Shown here piece after piece: positions 39,201-48,709 of a stretch of 64,000 nt of DNA. Below the pieces are notes generated by a model. That model saw only the letters and a program-made list of their open reading frames with translations. It did not search any database and was not told where the DNA came from. Numbering within the stretch: position 1 is the stretch's first letter; every line of letters starts with the position of its first letter. Source of the DNA: an uncultured bacterium (GTDB lineage: Bacteria > Bacillota_I > Bacilli_A > RF39 > UBA660); contig CASEYV010000002.1 in NCBI GenBank assembly GCA_949292245.1, positions 16,150-80,149 on the forward strand, in the 5' to 3' direction. The position numbers were made by a program, and so were the translations under genes.

Positions 39201-41607
39201 TAATATGAGTGATTTCGAGTATAGTATTGATGATACTCCAATGAGTGCTATTAAGCATACAAAAACTACTGTATCAATTGATGATGATTCTGAAGCGACA
39301 GAAGAAGTTGATACTATTAGTTTTGCTGCAAATACCGTTATTGATTCAGATAAAAATATATTAATTGGTCGTTATCAAAATAAATCTTCATATATGGATT
39401 TAACTAAATATTCTGGTATGAAATTGAATATTGATTTGGATACTGTTTCAACTGATAATGTTTCTACAAGTGCTAATGTAGCTATCAAAGGTTTAGCTTT
39501 ATATGTAAGCTCTGCTTTAGAAGAGGATGTTCCTACTCGTGTAAATCAAGAATTAGAAAATAAAATGGTTGTAGCAGATATTGAAGCATTACCACCTACA
39601 TTAGATGATATTACCGAAGAAACACTTATTGATTTCTATACTAATAAGGTTATTCATGCTATAAAAACAGTAAACGGTGTTAATTATGATACATATTGGC
39701 AATATATTAAAAATAATGAAGGCTCATATGTATTACAAAGAGTATATGACTTAAAACCTTATAGTATATTTGAAATTGTTGATTTAGCTGCTGGAGATGA
39801 CCAAGAGATTTATGTATCTATTGATGAAGATAATGAGAATTTTAAATATGCAAAAGAAATTGGTATCATTGCTTTAGTTGATGAAGATATATTTAAGATT
39901 GAAACAAGTTGTATCTTAACATTAAAGAAAATTAGAGCAGTAGCTCAAGGATATTATACATTGTTTGATGGAACAGATACATTATTACCTGCTGACCCTG
40001 GTGAAAGAGGAGAAGATAATTTATATATTATCAATACTCATACTGATAAGAATGGTACAAGGTCTTGTCAATTGAAAATGTATTATAATAGATATAAAGA
40101 AGTTGGTAAAAGAATTGCTTATTGGAATAATGAATCAATAACTCGTGATTTCAACTTTATTGGTTGTCAAGTTGCTGTAAATAGTTGGATTCCTAAAAAC
40201 AGTTTAATTATGAATTTATGTAGAGATGAAAATGGGGTAGACCCAGTTGTTAGTATGAACTTCCCTACTATAAATTATATTCATTATGAAGCTGCTTCTG
40301 ATAGTATTAAAGAAATTCCATTAACAGGAACAAAAGTTGATTTAACAGTTGAACCAGATAATGAAGATGTTAGTGATTCAGAAACTGATGAAGGTGCTTC
40401 AGCTGATTTAGAATTAAAAGATAATGTATTTGATGATTGTATTATTCAAACTGGTGATTTATATAAATCCGAAGGTACATCTGATAATTATACCGTTAAA
40501 ATTTTAACAACAAAGAAAGAACCTGTGAAAGGTGCTGATGTTAATTTCAAATTAAACGGTGTTTCATACAAAAAAACTACTAATGATAGTGGTGAAGCTT
40601 CTGTAGCTGTTAATTTAGAAGAAGGTACATATACTATTTCAACGGAATATAAAGCACATACCGTTAAAAATAATATTTATATTGGAACAAACAACATTAA
40701 CCAAAATAAGGTTAAATTTACTGCAACAATAACTATGTTAGATGAAGATGAAGAGGTTCCAGAAGGTATTATTCAAATTCTATGTGATGGTAATGTTGTT
40801 CGTTCTGAAGAAGTTAATTTTGCAACTTCTGATGTTGATAGGACTACTAAAACAGTTACATTTGAATCATACCGTTTAGAATATGGTGTTCATGAAATTA
40901 AGGCTGAATATTATCCTACAATTGATTATATGGATAAAGAAGAGTCTAAAAAGTATAAAAACAGTTCCTCTTCAACTGTAAAAGTTAATGTTATTTGGCA
41001 GACAAAAGAAATTACAAGCACTTCCTCTTCCAAAGAAGATGAAGAAGAGGATAAAAAAGAAGAAGATAGTGGTACTGAAAAATCATCATCTAAATCAAGC
41101 TCTTCATCAAGTTCAAGTGGCGATAGCGACAAAGATAAAGATGAAAATAAAGATGAAGATAAAGAAGAAGAAAAAGAAGAAACTATTGAACAAAAGTATT
41201 TATATCTTGATGAAGACTCTATTAGTATAGTTGAAGATAGTGAAATTGAAAACAATGAAAAGCTTCAACAAGCAATTCCAGACTTTGTTGTAGTTGAAGA
41301 TGGTATTGTAAACTTCAGTCAAGTATATAGAAAACTTAATACTGATGAAACAATTAAATCTATTTCACTTGAAACAACAGAGAAATTTAGAGATTTCATG
41401 AAAACCATTCATGGTGAGGTTGAAGAACCTGAGGATATGAAAAAGACTTTAAATGTATATATTAAAAATATTATGTTATATGAAGCTGAAACTATGCCTA
41501 TTTTCCATCCAAACATTCGTATGAAAATATATAATAAACCTCGTGGTGAAGAAACACTTGACTCTCCTGGTGTTAGGAAAATTGGTGCAGTTTTAACATA
41601 TAGATAA
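36238..41607 (+). CDS. Giant (1789 aa) virion tail/adhesin protein with Ig-like domains
   Basis: PVKGADVNFKLNGVSYKKTTNDSGEA Ig-like repeat typical of Methanobrevibacter adhesins; S/D/E/K low-complexity insert. Confidence 0.65.
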   Translation: MTSYYNRVYGNLYPGRIAKSEDINLIQTNIEDAIKAVINDLHEQTSYILGNEEDAFLLSPAPKRAGRYIDTMNLVSESKEKWLNINKYGYKQGIKKSKTSLYSIIVKLRNLYNRTVTVKFELQDDRGTVLKTSSVKVPANTTSSEFEVVFAQDYVPTILGRSNSDIEEDNNFLMSNRPNEEYIHEGNTVYDNQDDKNSSVGATQLYLVVKPLNMSATDLFVNGDEDVGVIDNETFMICADSEGKYGKLLQQTGNSGLYYEDTIYDLYFKDVYSTKNTYLCNGGAAVIDGTPVQCIDTHVTVDGASSFGDVKSFVYMDLDGHLRSENSVATEGSLNDVLTPLPAGRLPIAEITFYKDGTKSPEVYQEDTELITRPRSHHERLRRLEKEMAYQRDITIPPRLKYTLSGSDIIEDNPQKITAKGDEDGTAGANELESGTDFFLTTDANGNFVVKTINAEVLNIPITFDEEEDAKETDVNIKEGKLYPTKVNVDVKNKSLTLKQLNTEAGVGMDDETAKETIFNVWDDDAANRPVNEDITPTEREFTVHKGKSGKNDWSSEYPAMTFYTDSDFQVSGINIPITKFKNCESVCFYIWKRQGPNNKTNKVWIELPHIYKSKSFSLANAKEKDGYQIVEGGFNIVVGKDKSTTSSDTTGTSSTDSGDATQSNEQTEYTDTGLHLPKGQYIIMALPTPKSGSGSVYVETYKPADSKDFLIRYYGAADASHFYLKDRYFEIWYNSATFTGTSGKYAQTGYIESGTLKWTQVEPVETVTVQANVENPEGCSYNIYADTGGGYKQLKMNEPTKITGQGYAFRWKISMTGTGKDTPRFFYSDENGYAVKFILTRKTPEVGAYDDKNACITTKTIYANDILRKYVGDDNMSLTDNRFSNYEFCRLWGQDSTDTDLLIDIAASDLKAKIDTPEITTATDTIPAQTNEFDIFSLYFVDLDLDDFCDGSVDYDNYEPDMEYDEHNMRFKLDTDNAYNDDDIAVFNMSDFEYSIDDTPMSAIKHTKTTVSIDDDSEATEEVDTISFAANTVIDSDKNILIGRYQNKSSYMDLTKYSGMKLNIDLDTVSTDNVSTSANVAIKGLALYVSSALEEDVPTRVNQELENKMVVADIEALPPTLDDITEETLIDFYTNKVIHAIKTVNGVNYDTYWQYIKNNEGSYVLQRVYDLKPYSIFEIVDLAAGDDQEIYVSIDEDNENFKYAKEIGIIALVDEDIFKIETSCILTLKKIRAVAQGYYTLFDGTDTLLPADPGERGEDNLYIINTHTDKNGTRSCQLKMYYNRYKEVGKRIAYWNNESITRDFNFIGCQVAVNSWIPKNSLIMNLCRDENGVDPVVSMNFPTINYIHYEAASDSIKEIPLTGTKVDLTVEPDNEDVSDSETDEGASADLELKDNVFDDCIIQTGDLYKSEGTSDNYTVKILTTKKEPVKGADVNFKLNGVSYKKTTNDSGEASVAVNLEEGTYTISTEYKAHTVKNNIYIGTNNINQNKVKFTATITMLDEDEEVPEGIIQILCDGNVVRSEEVNFATSDVDRTTKTVTFESYRLEYGVHEIKAEYYPTIDYMDKEESKKYKNSSSSTVKVNVIWQTKEITSTSSSKEDEEEDKKEEDSGTEKSSSKSSSSSSSSGDSDKDKDENKDEDKEEEKEETIEQKYLYLDEDSISIVEDSEIENNEKLQQAIPDFVVVEDGIVNFSQVYRKLNTDETIKSISLETTEKFRDFMKTIHGEVEEPEDMKKTLNVYIKNIMLYEAETMPIFHPNIRMKIYNKPRGEETLDSPGVRKIGAVLTYR

Positions 41608-41640
41608 GCGATATATTTTATATATATCGTTTATTTTTTT
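41606..41640 (+). terminator. Hairpin plus T-tract
   Basis: AAGCGATATAT...ATATATCGTTT followed by a T run. Confidence 0.55.
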
Positions 41641-41836
41641 GGTGATAAATATGACAAAAGGTGAATTAACACAAGAAGAAATAATTGAGGTATTTGAAAC
41701 ATTAGAAATTTCTAAATATAAAAAATATCTTGATAATACTTTTGAGGTTTGGGAAGTTCCCCCTATAAGAAAAGGTATGCAAATTTATTTTGAATCTCAC
41801 TAGTAAAAATAATATAATTAAATCTTAGGTGATAAT

Positions 41837-42241
41837 ATGGGAGAAAAAATTGAAGCACAAAGTCATGCTGAAGTTGATAATCTTAGGCATAAAGATATGT
41901 TAGCAAGGACTATTCCTGCTACTAATTCTACTATGAAAAATGTTGAACGCATGATTAAAGTTAATATTGATGACCAAGTTAATTTAAACGATATTCATAG
42001 CCGAATCAATGATGCTGTAGATAGTATGAGTGAAATTATGAATAAACAAGATAAATATGAAAATATAGCAACAATCAATACTATTGAAGATATTGTTGTT
42101 AAGAATTTAGATGAACAACAAGATATTGATACTATTGATAAAAAAATTGATAATCTTGAAAAAATTATATCAGAACTTTTAGAAGAAAATAAAAAAGTTA
42201 ATAAAGAATTAGTTGAGATTAAAAAGACATTAAAGCAATAG
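41837..42241 (+). CDS. Coiled-coil hypothetical protein
   Basis: GGTGA RBS. Confidence 0.75.
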   Translation: MGEKIEAQSHAEVDNLRHKDMLARTIPATNSTMKNVERMIKVNIDDQVNLNDIHSRINDAVDSMSEIMNKQDKYENIATINTIEDIVVKNLDEQQDIDTIDKKIDNLEKIISELLEENKKVNKELVEIKKTLKQ

Positions 42242-42274
42242 TAAATTACTATTGTTTCTATTTTTTTTTATTTT
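42236..42274 (+). terminator. Hairpin plus T-tract
   Basis: GCAATAGTAA-A-TTACTATTGT followed by a T run. Confidence 0.6.
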
Positions 42275-42414
42275 ACATATATCGTTAATTAATTTAAATA
42301 TATGTGTTGTTTTGATTGTATTTTTTGTATAGTTTGATATATATGTAACTATATCTGTATGGTATATTTCGTTAATATAGAAAACTATAAATACTATTTT
42401 TATCTAATATTTAC

Positions 42415-43134
42415 TTGGAGGTTGGTATAATAATCATTAAAGAGTTTGATATTTTTAAGAAAATTATTACATATTCATCTGTTATTGCGGATGAGTGTAT
42501 TATTTTATTCAATAAAAACGGTGTTTTTTTAACTCCTGCTACAAGAGGCGGGACTATTTTAGTTAATTGTTCATTGAAAAGTAATATGTTCGATGATTTA
42601 CCAGAAGAAGATGTACTTATTGCAATCAATATGGTTAAATTAAGTGATATATTAAAATCTTTCAAAGGAAAGGATATTGAGATGGATGTTAGCGAGAATA
42701 ATATCGTTATTAAAAATGGGGGTAAAGAATTTACCGTTAAAGCTTTGTATGATGAATATCTTCCTCAACAAAGGGTAATACCACCAGAGTTTTATGAAGT
42801 TGATAAATTTTGTATTGATACATCTTTTATAGTAGAATCTGTATCTGATATATCAAAATTTACTGATTCTCTTTTTGTTGGATTAAAAGATAATGTTTTT
42901 TTTATTCAACAAAGAGGTTCTGATGATATGGATTATATTAATAAAGAAGAAGTAGGCGAGTATAATGATTTTAAGAAAATATTTGCAGTTAATGTTATGA
43001 ATAACGTATTAAAATTTATTAAACTTAATAATAATGTTGATGTTATCCAAATAGAAGAAAATCCGTTTTTATTAAAAATGGATGATGATAATATGAAATT
43101 GATTATAGCTATCGCACATATGGTAGAAACATGA
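42415..43134 (+). CDS. pcn: PCNA sliding clamp
   Basis: About 240 aa; FKKII...ADECIILFNKNGVFL, LSDILK, PFLLKM...LIIAIAH. Confidence 0.8.
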   Translation: MEVGIIIIKEFDIFKKIITYSSVIADECIILFNKNGVFLTPATRGGTILVNCSLKSNMFDDLPEEDVLIAINMVKLSDILKSFKGKDIEMDVSENNIVIKNGGKEFTVKALYDEYLPQQRVIPPEFYEVDKFCIDTSFIVESVSDISKFTDSLFVGLKDNVFFIQQRGSDDMDYINKEEVGEYNDFKKIFAVNVMNNVLKFIKLNNNVDVIQIEENPFLLKMDDDNMKLIIAIAHMVET

Positions 43135-43143
43135 GGTGTTATT

Positions 43144-43416
43144 ATGAAAAAAGAGGCGATTATTCAGGAAATTGAATCCAGTCATGGTTCTGTTGATAAA
43201 TTTTTAATGAAGAAAAAAGATTATTATGACATTCCATCTGTTATTGTGGAAATTAATGATATTAAGTTTTCTGGCATAAATTTAGTATTTAATATGGATT
43301 TTAGTGAGTGTTTTGTGTTTTTCAATCATAGAGTTTATGGTTTACATCAAATAGGATATTTTAAATCCGATAATATTAAAGCTTTTAAAATCCATGATTT
43401 AAAAACTAATAAATAG
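43144..43416 (+). CDS. Hypothetical protein
   Basis: GAGGT RBS. Confidence 0.7.
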   Translation: MKKEAIIQEIESSHGSVDKFLMKKKDYYDIPSVIVEINDIKFSGINLVFNMDFSECFVFFNHRVYGLHQIGYFKSDNIKAFKIHDLKTNK

Positions 43417-43531
43417 TGTTGTTTTTGCACTATTTTTTCTACTTTTTTTTATAACTATAATTTTTTATAAGTGTTTTTATATGAAAAAACTTATATAGTT
43501 TAAAGACTTATATTAATTATAGTGATTTTTT

Positions 43532-44275
43532 ATGATTTTAGATAATAATGCTATGTATGCTAAATACAAGGATATTATTCCTGAAGATAATTTTGAAGAT
43601 GTAGGAATTTCTTTGACTGTAGGTAAGGTTAAAGAGTTCGTATATAAGAAAAATGATTATGTTTGTGGAAATGATGAAGTTTCTGAAGTTTGTACAAAAG
43701 AATTAACTCCAGAAACTGATAATAATGGAAAAAAATTTTTTATTTTACAACCATCACTTCAATATATCGTTGTAGTTAAAGAACATTTACCTGTGGTTGA
43801 TGGTATCGTTAGGATAATTAATTCTTTAAACGATATATCCAAAGTGGGTTTAAATGTTATACCTCAAGTTACTGATTCAAGTATTGATACACCCGTTGAA
43901 GTTATTGTTGAAAATAAGACACCCGCTCCAATATTTTTAGAAGCAGGTTCAAGATTTTGTAAATTAGTGGAAACACAAACTGAAGAACCAATTTCTAACA
44001 TCGTTTTTTTAATTGGTGGAGAGGATAATTTACCTCTTGAAGGTGCTACTGTTAAGTTGAAAAATACAGTAACTGATAAAGAGTATTTATCTACTGAATC
44101 TGATGCATATGGTTTAGCAAAAATAAACGGTATTCTTTATGGTGATTATAAAATGACAATTCATCACGAAGATGAAGAATATGATAATGGTGTTATAACA
44201 GTTGCTGAACCATTAATGACAACAATTTATATTCCAAATATAATGATGATTGGTAATAATGAGATGATAGAATGA
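43532..44275 (+). CDS. Degenerate dCTP deaminase/dUTPase-fold domain fused to a prealbumin/Ig-like domain
   Basis: GISLTVG, LQP...VKEHLPV, ENKTPAPIFLEAGSRFCKLV; C-terminal PLEGATVKL...SDAYGLAKINGILYGDYKMTI. Confidence 0.6.
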   Translation: MILDNNAMYAKYKDIIPEDNFEDVGISLTVGKVKEFVYKKNDYVCGNDEVSEVCTKELTPETDNNGKKFFILQPSLQYIVVVKEHLPVVDGIVRIINSLNDISKVGLNVIPQVTDSSIDTPVEVIVENKTPAPIFLEAGSRFCKLVETQTEEPISNIVFLIGGEDNLPLEGATVKLKNTVTDKEYLSTESDAYGLAKINGILYGDYKMTIHHEDEEYDNGVITVAEPLMTTIYIPNIMMIGNNEMIE

Positions 44276-46305
44276 ATAGAATAAAAGTATTACACACTAA
44301 TGGAGAAATTGAAGATTTTAAACCTCGTTTAATAGGACAAACAATTATTAAAGAAACTGGAATTAGCGAAGAAAAAGCTAATAAAATTCAAGGAAGAATT
44401 ATTAGTAAAATTCGTAATTTAAAGAAAGATGGGTTAGATGAAATTTCTACTAATGCTATTAGAGCAGAAGTATCCTCTCAATTGTTGAAAGAGAAAGAAT
44501 TTGAGGCTGAAGAAGATAATAGAAGCTTAGGTATGTCTAGAGCAGAGATTTATGATTTGATAAAGAACCCAGATAGGTCTAATGCAAATCAATCACCATC
44601 TTCTGAATCAGTTTTAAAATATAGTAATGATAAAGTATTTAAACAAATAGCATTAATGGAAGTCCCTAAGGATTTAAGAGAAGCTCATTTGAATAAATTT
44701 ATTAAAATTCATGATTTAGAAGGTTTAGGTGCAAATATAAGACCACATAATTGTTTTATTTTTGATTTGGATTGGTTTAAAAGAAATGGGTTAATTATAG
44801 ACCCTAATGATGTTAATGCTGCAAGGGCACATCCAGCTAAACATTTATCTGTATTATTAAACCATGCTTTACAAGCATTACAAGTTAATTCTCAACAAAC
44901 AACTGGGGGAAGTGGGTTTGCTGATTTCTCAGTTAAAATTGCTCCATTTGTTAAAGATATGCCATACTCTGAAATCAAACAAAATATGCAAAACTTCTTT
45001 TATAATTCATCAATGATACTTATCAGTAAAGCACAAGTTGTTTTCTCAAGTATTGGTGTTGATATAGCTATTCCAGATTATATGAAAGAGATGGACGCTA
45101 TTGGACCAGGTGGTATTGTTGTTGGAAAATATAAAGACTTTGAGAAAGAAAATGATGCAGTTGTTCAAGCTATTCTCGAAGTTATGGAAGAAGGATGGGG
45201 AGAAAAAGCTAATCCTACTCCGTTTTTATTCCCAAATGTTATTTTTAACTTAAATAAAGAAGTAGTCAATAATCCTGACAAACAAGATGTATTACTCCGC
45301 ATACATAAGTACATTGCTAAATATTGGACACCATATATCTGCAATATTGATATAGAAGGCTCTAATGGTGCCTCTGCTGTAATGGGGTGCAGATCTAGGC
45401 TTAATAACAATTTAAAGACAGTAGAGGACTCTATTTACAATTGTGGGAACTTAGCTTATTATACTATAAACTTGCCTAAATTAGGTTATTTAGCCAAAAG
45501 CAAAGATGATTTCTTTTCTTTACTTGATAAATACCTTAAAATTGTAGATGAAGGATTATTATACCGTAGAGATATGGTTAAAAAAGCATTAGATGAAGGA
45601 TTGATGGATTTCCATAAACAAAAAGATAAAAAAACTGGTAGACAATTATACGAGATTGAAAGACAAACATTAACATTTGGTCTTGTTGGTATTAATGAGT
45701 GTTTATTAAATCTTTATGGATATGGTGTTAAAGGACATATTGAAGATGCTGAAGAGATATTACAATACATATCTAATCATGCGAAAGAATTTGCTAAAGA
45801 GAATAATGTTAGAACATCAGTTATTATGTCCCCTTGTGAATCAACAAGTTCTGAATTTGCTGATTTTGATAAAGAAAAATATCCAGATATAATCGTGAAT
45901 GGTAAAAAAGGAGCTTATTATTATACTAATGGACATGATATTCCAATTGATGATGAGATTGATTTTACTGAACACTTAGAAAATGCTTGTAGATTACAAA
46001 AATATGCAACAGGTGGAGATATAGCTCATATTTGGAGTTCTGGTCAATGCGACCCAGAAGCTTTATTAAAAACAACAAAAATGGCTATTGAAAATGGTAT
46101 AGGATTTTTAAGTTATTCTGGAGCATTTACTGTTTGTAAGAACTGTGGTGCTACTTATAGTGGAAAGCTTGAGCAATGTGAAACCTGTGGAAATGATAAT
46201 TTAGTTGTATATGAAAAAATATGTGGTTATATGGTTCCATTAACAAAATGGTGTGATGGTAGACTTCAACAAGAACAAGATAGATATTTACAACAAATAA
46301 AATAA
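44272..46305 (+). CDS. nrdD: Anaerobic (class III) ribonucleotide reductase with ATP-cone
   Basis: IHDL, HNC, MGCRS, GNL, PCEST, YYTN, CxxC...CxxC, KICGY glycyl-radical motif. Confidence 0.95.
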   Translation: MNRIKVLHTNGEIEDFKPRLIGQTIIKETGISEEKANKIQGRIISKIRNLKKDGLDEISTNAIRAEVSSQLLKEKEFEAEEDNRSLGMSRAEIYDLIKNPDRSNANQSPSSESVLKYSNDKVFKQIALMEVPKDLREAHLNKFIKIHDLEGLGANIRPHNCFIFDLDWFKRNGLIIDPNDVNAARAHPAKHLSVLLNHALQALQVNSQQTTGGSGFADFSVKIAPFVKDMPYSEIKQNMQNFFYNSSMILISKAQVVFSSIGVDIAIPDYMKEMDAIGPGGIVVGKYKDFEKENDAVVQAILEVMEEGWGEKANPTPFLFPNVIFNLNKEVVNNPDKQDVLLRIHKYIAKYWTPYICNIDIEGSNGASAVMGCRSRLNNNLKTVEDSIYNCGNLAYYTINLPKLGYLAKSKDDFFSLLDKYLKIVDEGLLYRRDMVKKALDEGLMDFHKQKDKKTGRQLYEIERQTLTFGLVGINECLLNLYGYGVKGHIEDAEEILQYISNHAKEFAKENNVRTSVIMSPCESTSSEFADFDKEKYPDIIVNGKKGAYYYTNGHDIPIDDEIDFTEHLENACRLQKYATGGDIAHIWSSGQCDPEALLKTTKMAIENGIGFLSYSGAFTVCKNCGATYSGKLEQCETCGNDNLVVYEKICGYMVPLTKWCDGRLQQEQDRYLQQIK

Positions 46306-46953
46306 GTGATAAAAATGGATTATAGTATATATGAAACTTCATTAGTTGATTATGATGGTGAAATATGTTTATGTTTAAACACAGGACAATGTAGTAATAA
46401 TTGCTTTTATTGTTATAATAACCCAAATGATATTCCTATTATGGAATTTGATACGGCGAAATCTATAATCAATAAGAAAAAACAATTTGTTACTGCTGTT
46501 TCACTTACTGGTGGAGAACCTTTACTAAATCCATCTTTATCTAAAATTTTAGAATATGCAAAAAAACAAAACTTAAAAACAAAAATTGATACATCTTTAT
46601 GTTGTGATATAAATGATAATGTATTAAAAAATATAGATTTTATTAATATTTCTATAAAAAATTACAAATATCTATTAAAAATACTACCAAAAATTATTTA
46701 TATAACAAAATACCAAAATATTGTTGTAAATTTAAATATAGTTTATCATCCAGAGTATATTTCGTTTTATGAAATAAAAAAAATAAACAACAAATTAAAA
46801 CAGTTAAATAAAATTGTTTTAGTTGTTACTGCTATGGACATATCTAATACAAAATATGACAAAGAGGTTACAAAAAAAGATTTATTAAAATTAAAAGAAG
46901 TATTAGATATTAACTATATTTTTTATACAAAAGAAGATGGTAAATTTAGATGA
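46306..46953 (+). CDS. nrdG: RNR-activating radical SAM enzyme
   Basis: SLVDY, CSNNCFYC, TGGEP; adjacent to nrdD. Confidence 0.9.
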   Translation: MIKMDYSIYETSLVDYDGEICLCLNTGQCSNNCFYCYNNPNDIPIMEFDTAKSIINKKKQFVTAVSLTGGEPLLNPSLSKILEYAKKQNLKTKIDTSLCCDINDNVLKNIDFINISIKNYKYLLKILPKIIYITKYQNIVVNLNIVYHPEYISFYEIKKINNKLKQLNKIVLVVTAMDISNTKYDKEVTKKDLLKLKEVLDINYIFYTKEDGKFR

Positions 46954-47449
46954 TATTATGAAAAATAAAAAAACAAAGTATGGTAGAGTTGGGATTTCTC
47001 CCGATGGATATTATATTGTTACTTCAGTAAAAGAAGGGAATTGTCAAAAGCTTTTGCATAGATTAATATATGAAGAAGAATTTGGCAAAATTCCCGATGG
47101 GTATCATATTCATCATAAAGATGGGAATAAATTGAATAATAATATTGATAACTTAGAATGTTTATCTCCATCAAATCATGGTAAAACCCATAAACATAGT
47201 ATAGAAACACGTCATAATCTTAGTAAAATGAAGACTGGAACATCACGTCCTACTAATTCAACTGGATATTATAGAGTTTTTACAGAAAAAGATAAAAAAT
47301 ACAAACAAGGATTTTGTTATGTTTATGAGGTTGATACATCTAGACTAGATGGAAAAAGAAAAAAAAAGAAAATCAGAAGAGTTAATTTATCTGATTTAGA
47401 GAAAGCTGTTAAAGAAGCAGGATATGAGTGGAAAAAGATTGATGAATAA
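46937..47449 (+). mobile_element. HNH homing endonuclease with C-terminal AP2-like module
   Basis: LHRLIY, IHHKDGNKLNNNIDNLECL, H. Confidence 0.85.
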
Positions 47450-47545
47450 TTAAACATTGAAGCTTATGCTTCGTCTTTTTTTTTATTTTTTAGAGCCTCA
47501 AACAAAAAGTTTAAATAGTATAACAGCCATATTATACTATGGTGT

Positions 47546-48709
47546 TTGAAAATGTTTGAGAATGAAATAAATGGAGTAAGTGGTGATAATATAATTTTTA
47601 TTAGAAATAAAGATTATATTGGGCCAGTTACTATAAAAGATTTTTATAATAATTACGATATAAAAGACTACCAAACTATATATTTTGATTTTGATGAAAG
47701 AAAATATATGTGGTCAAGTATAGAAGATGTAGTGAAATTTGAAGAATTAGATACAGTAAACATTGTTTGTCATAGAGGATATTCTATTACTTGCAGTCCT
47801 AATTTTAATTTTTATGATTATAAAACAAAAGACCGTAAAAAATCACCATATGGATTAATTTCAGCTTCTGATTTGGAACAAAAAAGTAGAATAATTAATC
47901 ATAAAAATATTCGTGTTTTAGATAATGTTTATAATGAAAATAGATTTGGAACTTTAATTGGGGTTTTATTATTATCTACTACTAAGATTATAAATCTTAA
48001 TGGATATATTTATATTGAAGTTGGTTTTAAAAACGATGAAGATGCGGTTTATTTTAAAAATATTTTAGATGATTTAGATATGAAATATGCAGAAAAAGAA
48101 AAATCTGCATCTTTTGATTATTATATTGGAGATAATACCGTTAATAAAGAAGAAGATAGAAATAGTTTTTATATTGGCTTAGATAATATTGGAAATAAAT
48201 ATTATGATATTTTGAATGAACATATAGAAGATAATAATATAAACGATATAATTCCATTTTGTTATCAAGAAGATTTATTATTAGGCGTATTTTCTGGATT
48301 ATTAAATATTGGTGGAACAATGCCGTTTATTAAGAAAGAAAAGAAGATTAATATTAGATTTAATTTTTATGATGAAGACGTTTTATCATTATTTTATAAT
48401 ATATCTTTTTTATTAGGATTTAATCCAAGTACATATAATTATAATAAAGGTGTTGGCTCACTAAAAACAATATCTTTTCCTCCTGGTAGAGTATACCATA
48501 TTTTAGATAAAATTAATTTAAAAAAATCATTTAGAGAAAAGATTGAAGAAAATGAATTTAAGGATTATAGAAAACAATCTATTAATGGATTATGCACAGT
48601 AAAAGAGATATTTAATAGTAAAAAACAACCTGTGTATAAAATAAAAATTGAAAATGACTCTAATAATTGTATTGTAAATAACATACTTGTGGATTGGGGA
48701 TTTAAATGA
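47546..48709 (+). CDS. Free-standing intein-derived protein (Hint + LAGLIDADG) with catalytic residues lost
   Basis: Blocks A, B, C, E, F, G recognisable but degenerate; no extein. Confidence 0.7.
   Translation: MKMFENEINGVSGDNIIFIRNKDYIGPVTIKDFYNNYDIKDYQTIYFDFDERKYMWSSIEDVVKFEELDTVNIVCHRGYSITCSPNFNFYDYKTKDRKKSPYGLISASDLEQKSRIINHKNIRVLDNVYNENRFGTLIGVLLLSTTKIINLNGYIYIEVGFKNDEDAVYFKNILDDLDMKYAEKEKSASFDYYIGDNTVNKEEDRNSFYIGLDNIGNKYYDILNEHIEDNNINDIIPFCYQEDLLLGVFSGLLNIGGTMPFIKKEKKINIRFNFYDEDVLSLFYNISFLLGFNPSTYNYNKGVGSLKTISFPPGRVYHILDKINLKKSFREKIEENEFKDYRKQSINGLCTVKEIFNSKKQPVYKIKIENDSNNCIVNNILVDWGFK

Noticed and set aside
44272-46305. Intein or intron within nrdD
   Set aside because: ORF is continuous, of normal length, with no Hint blocks
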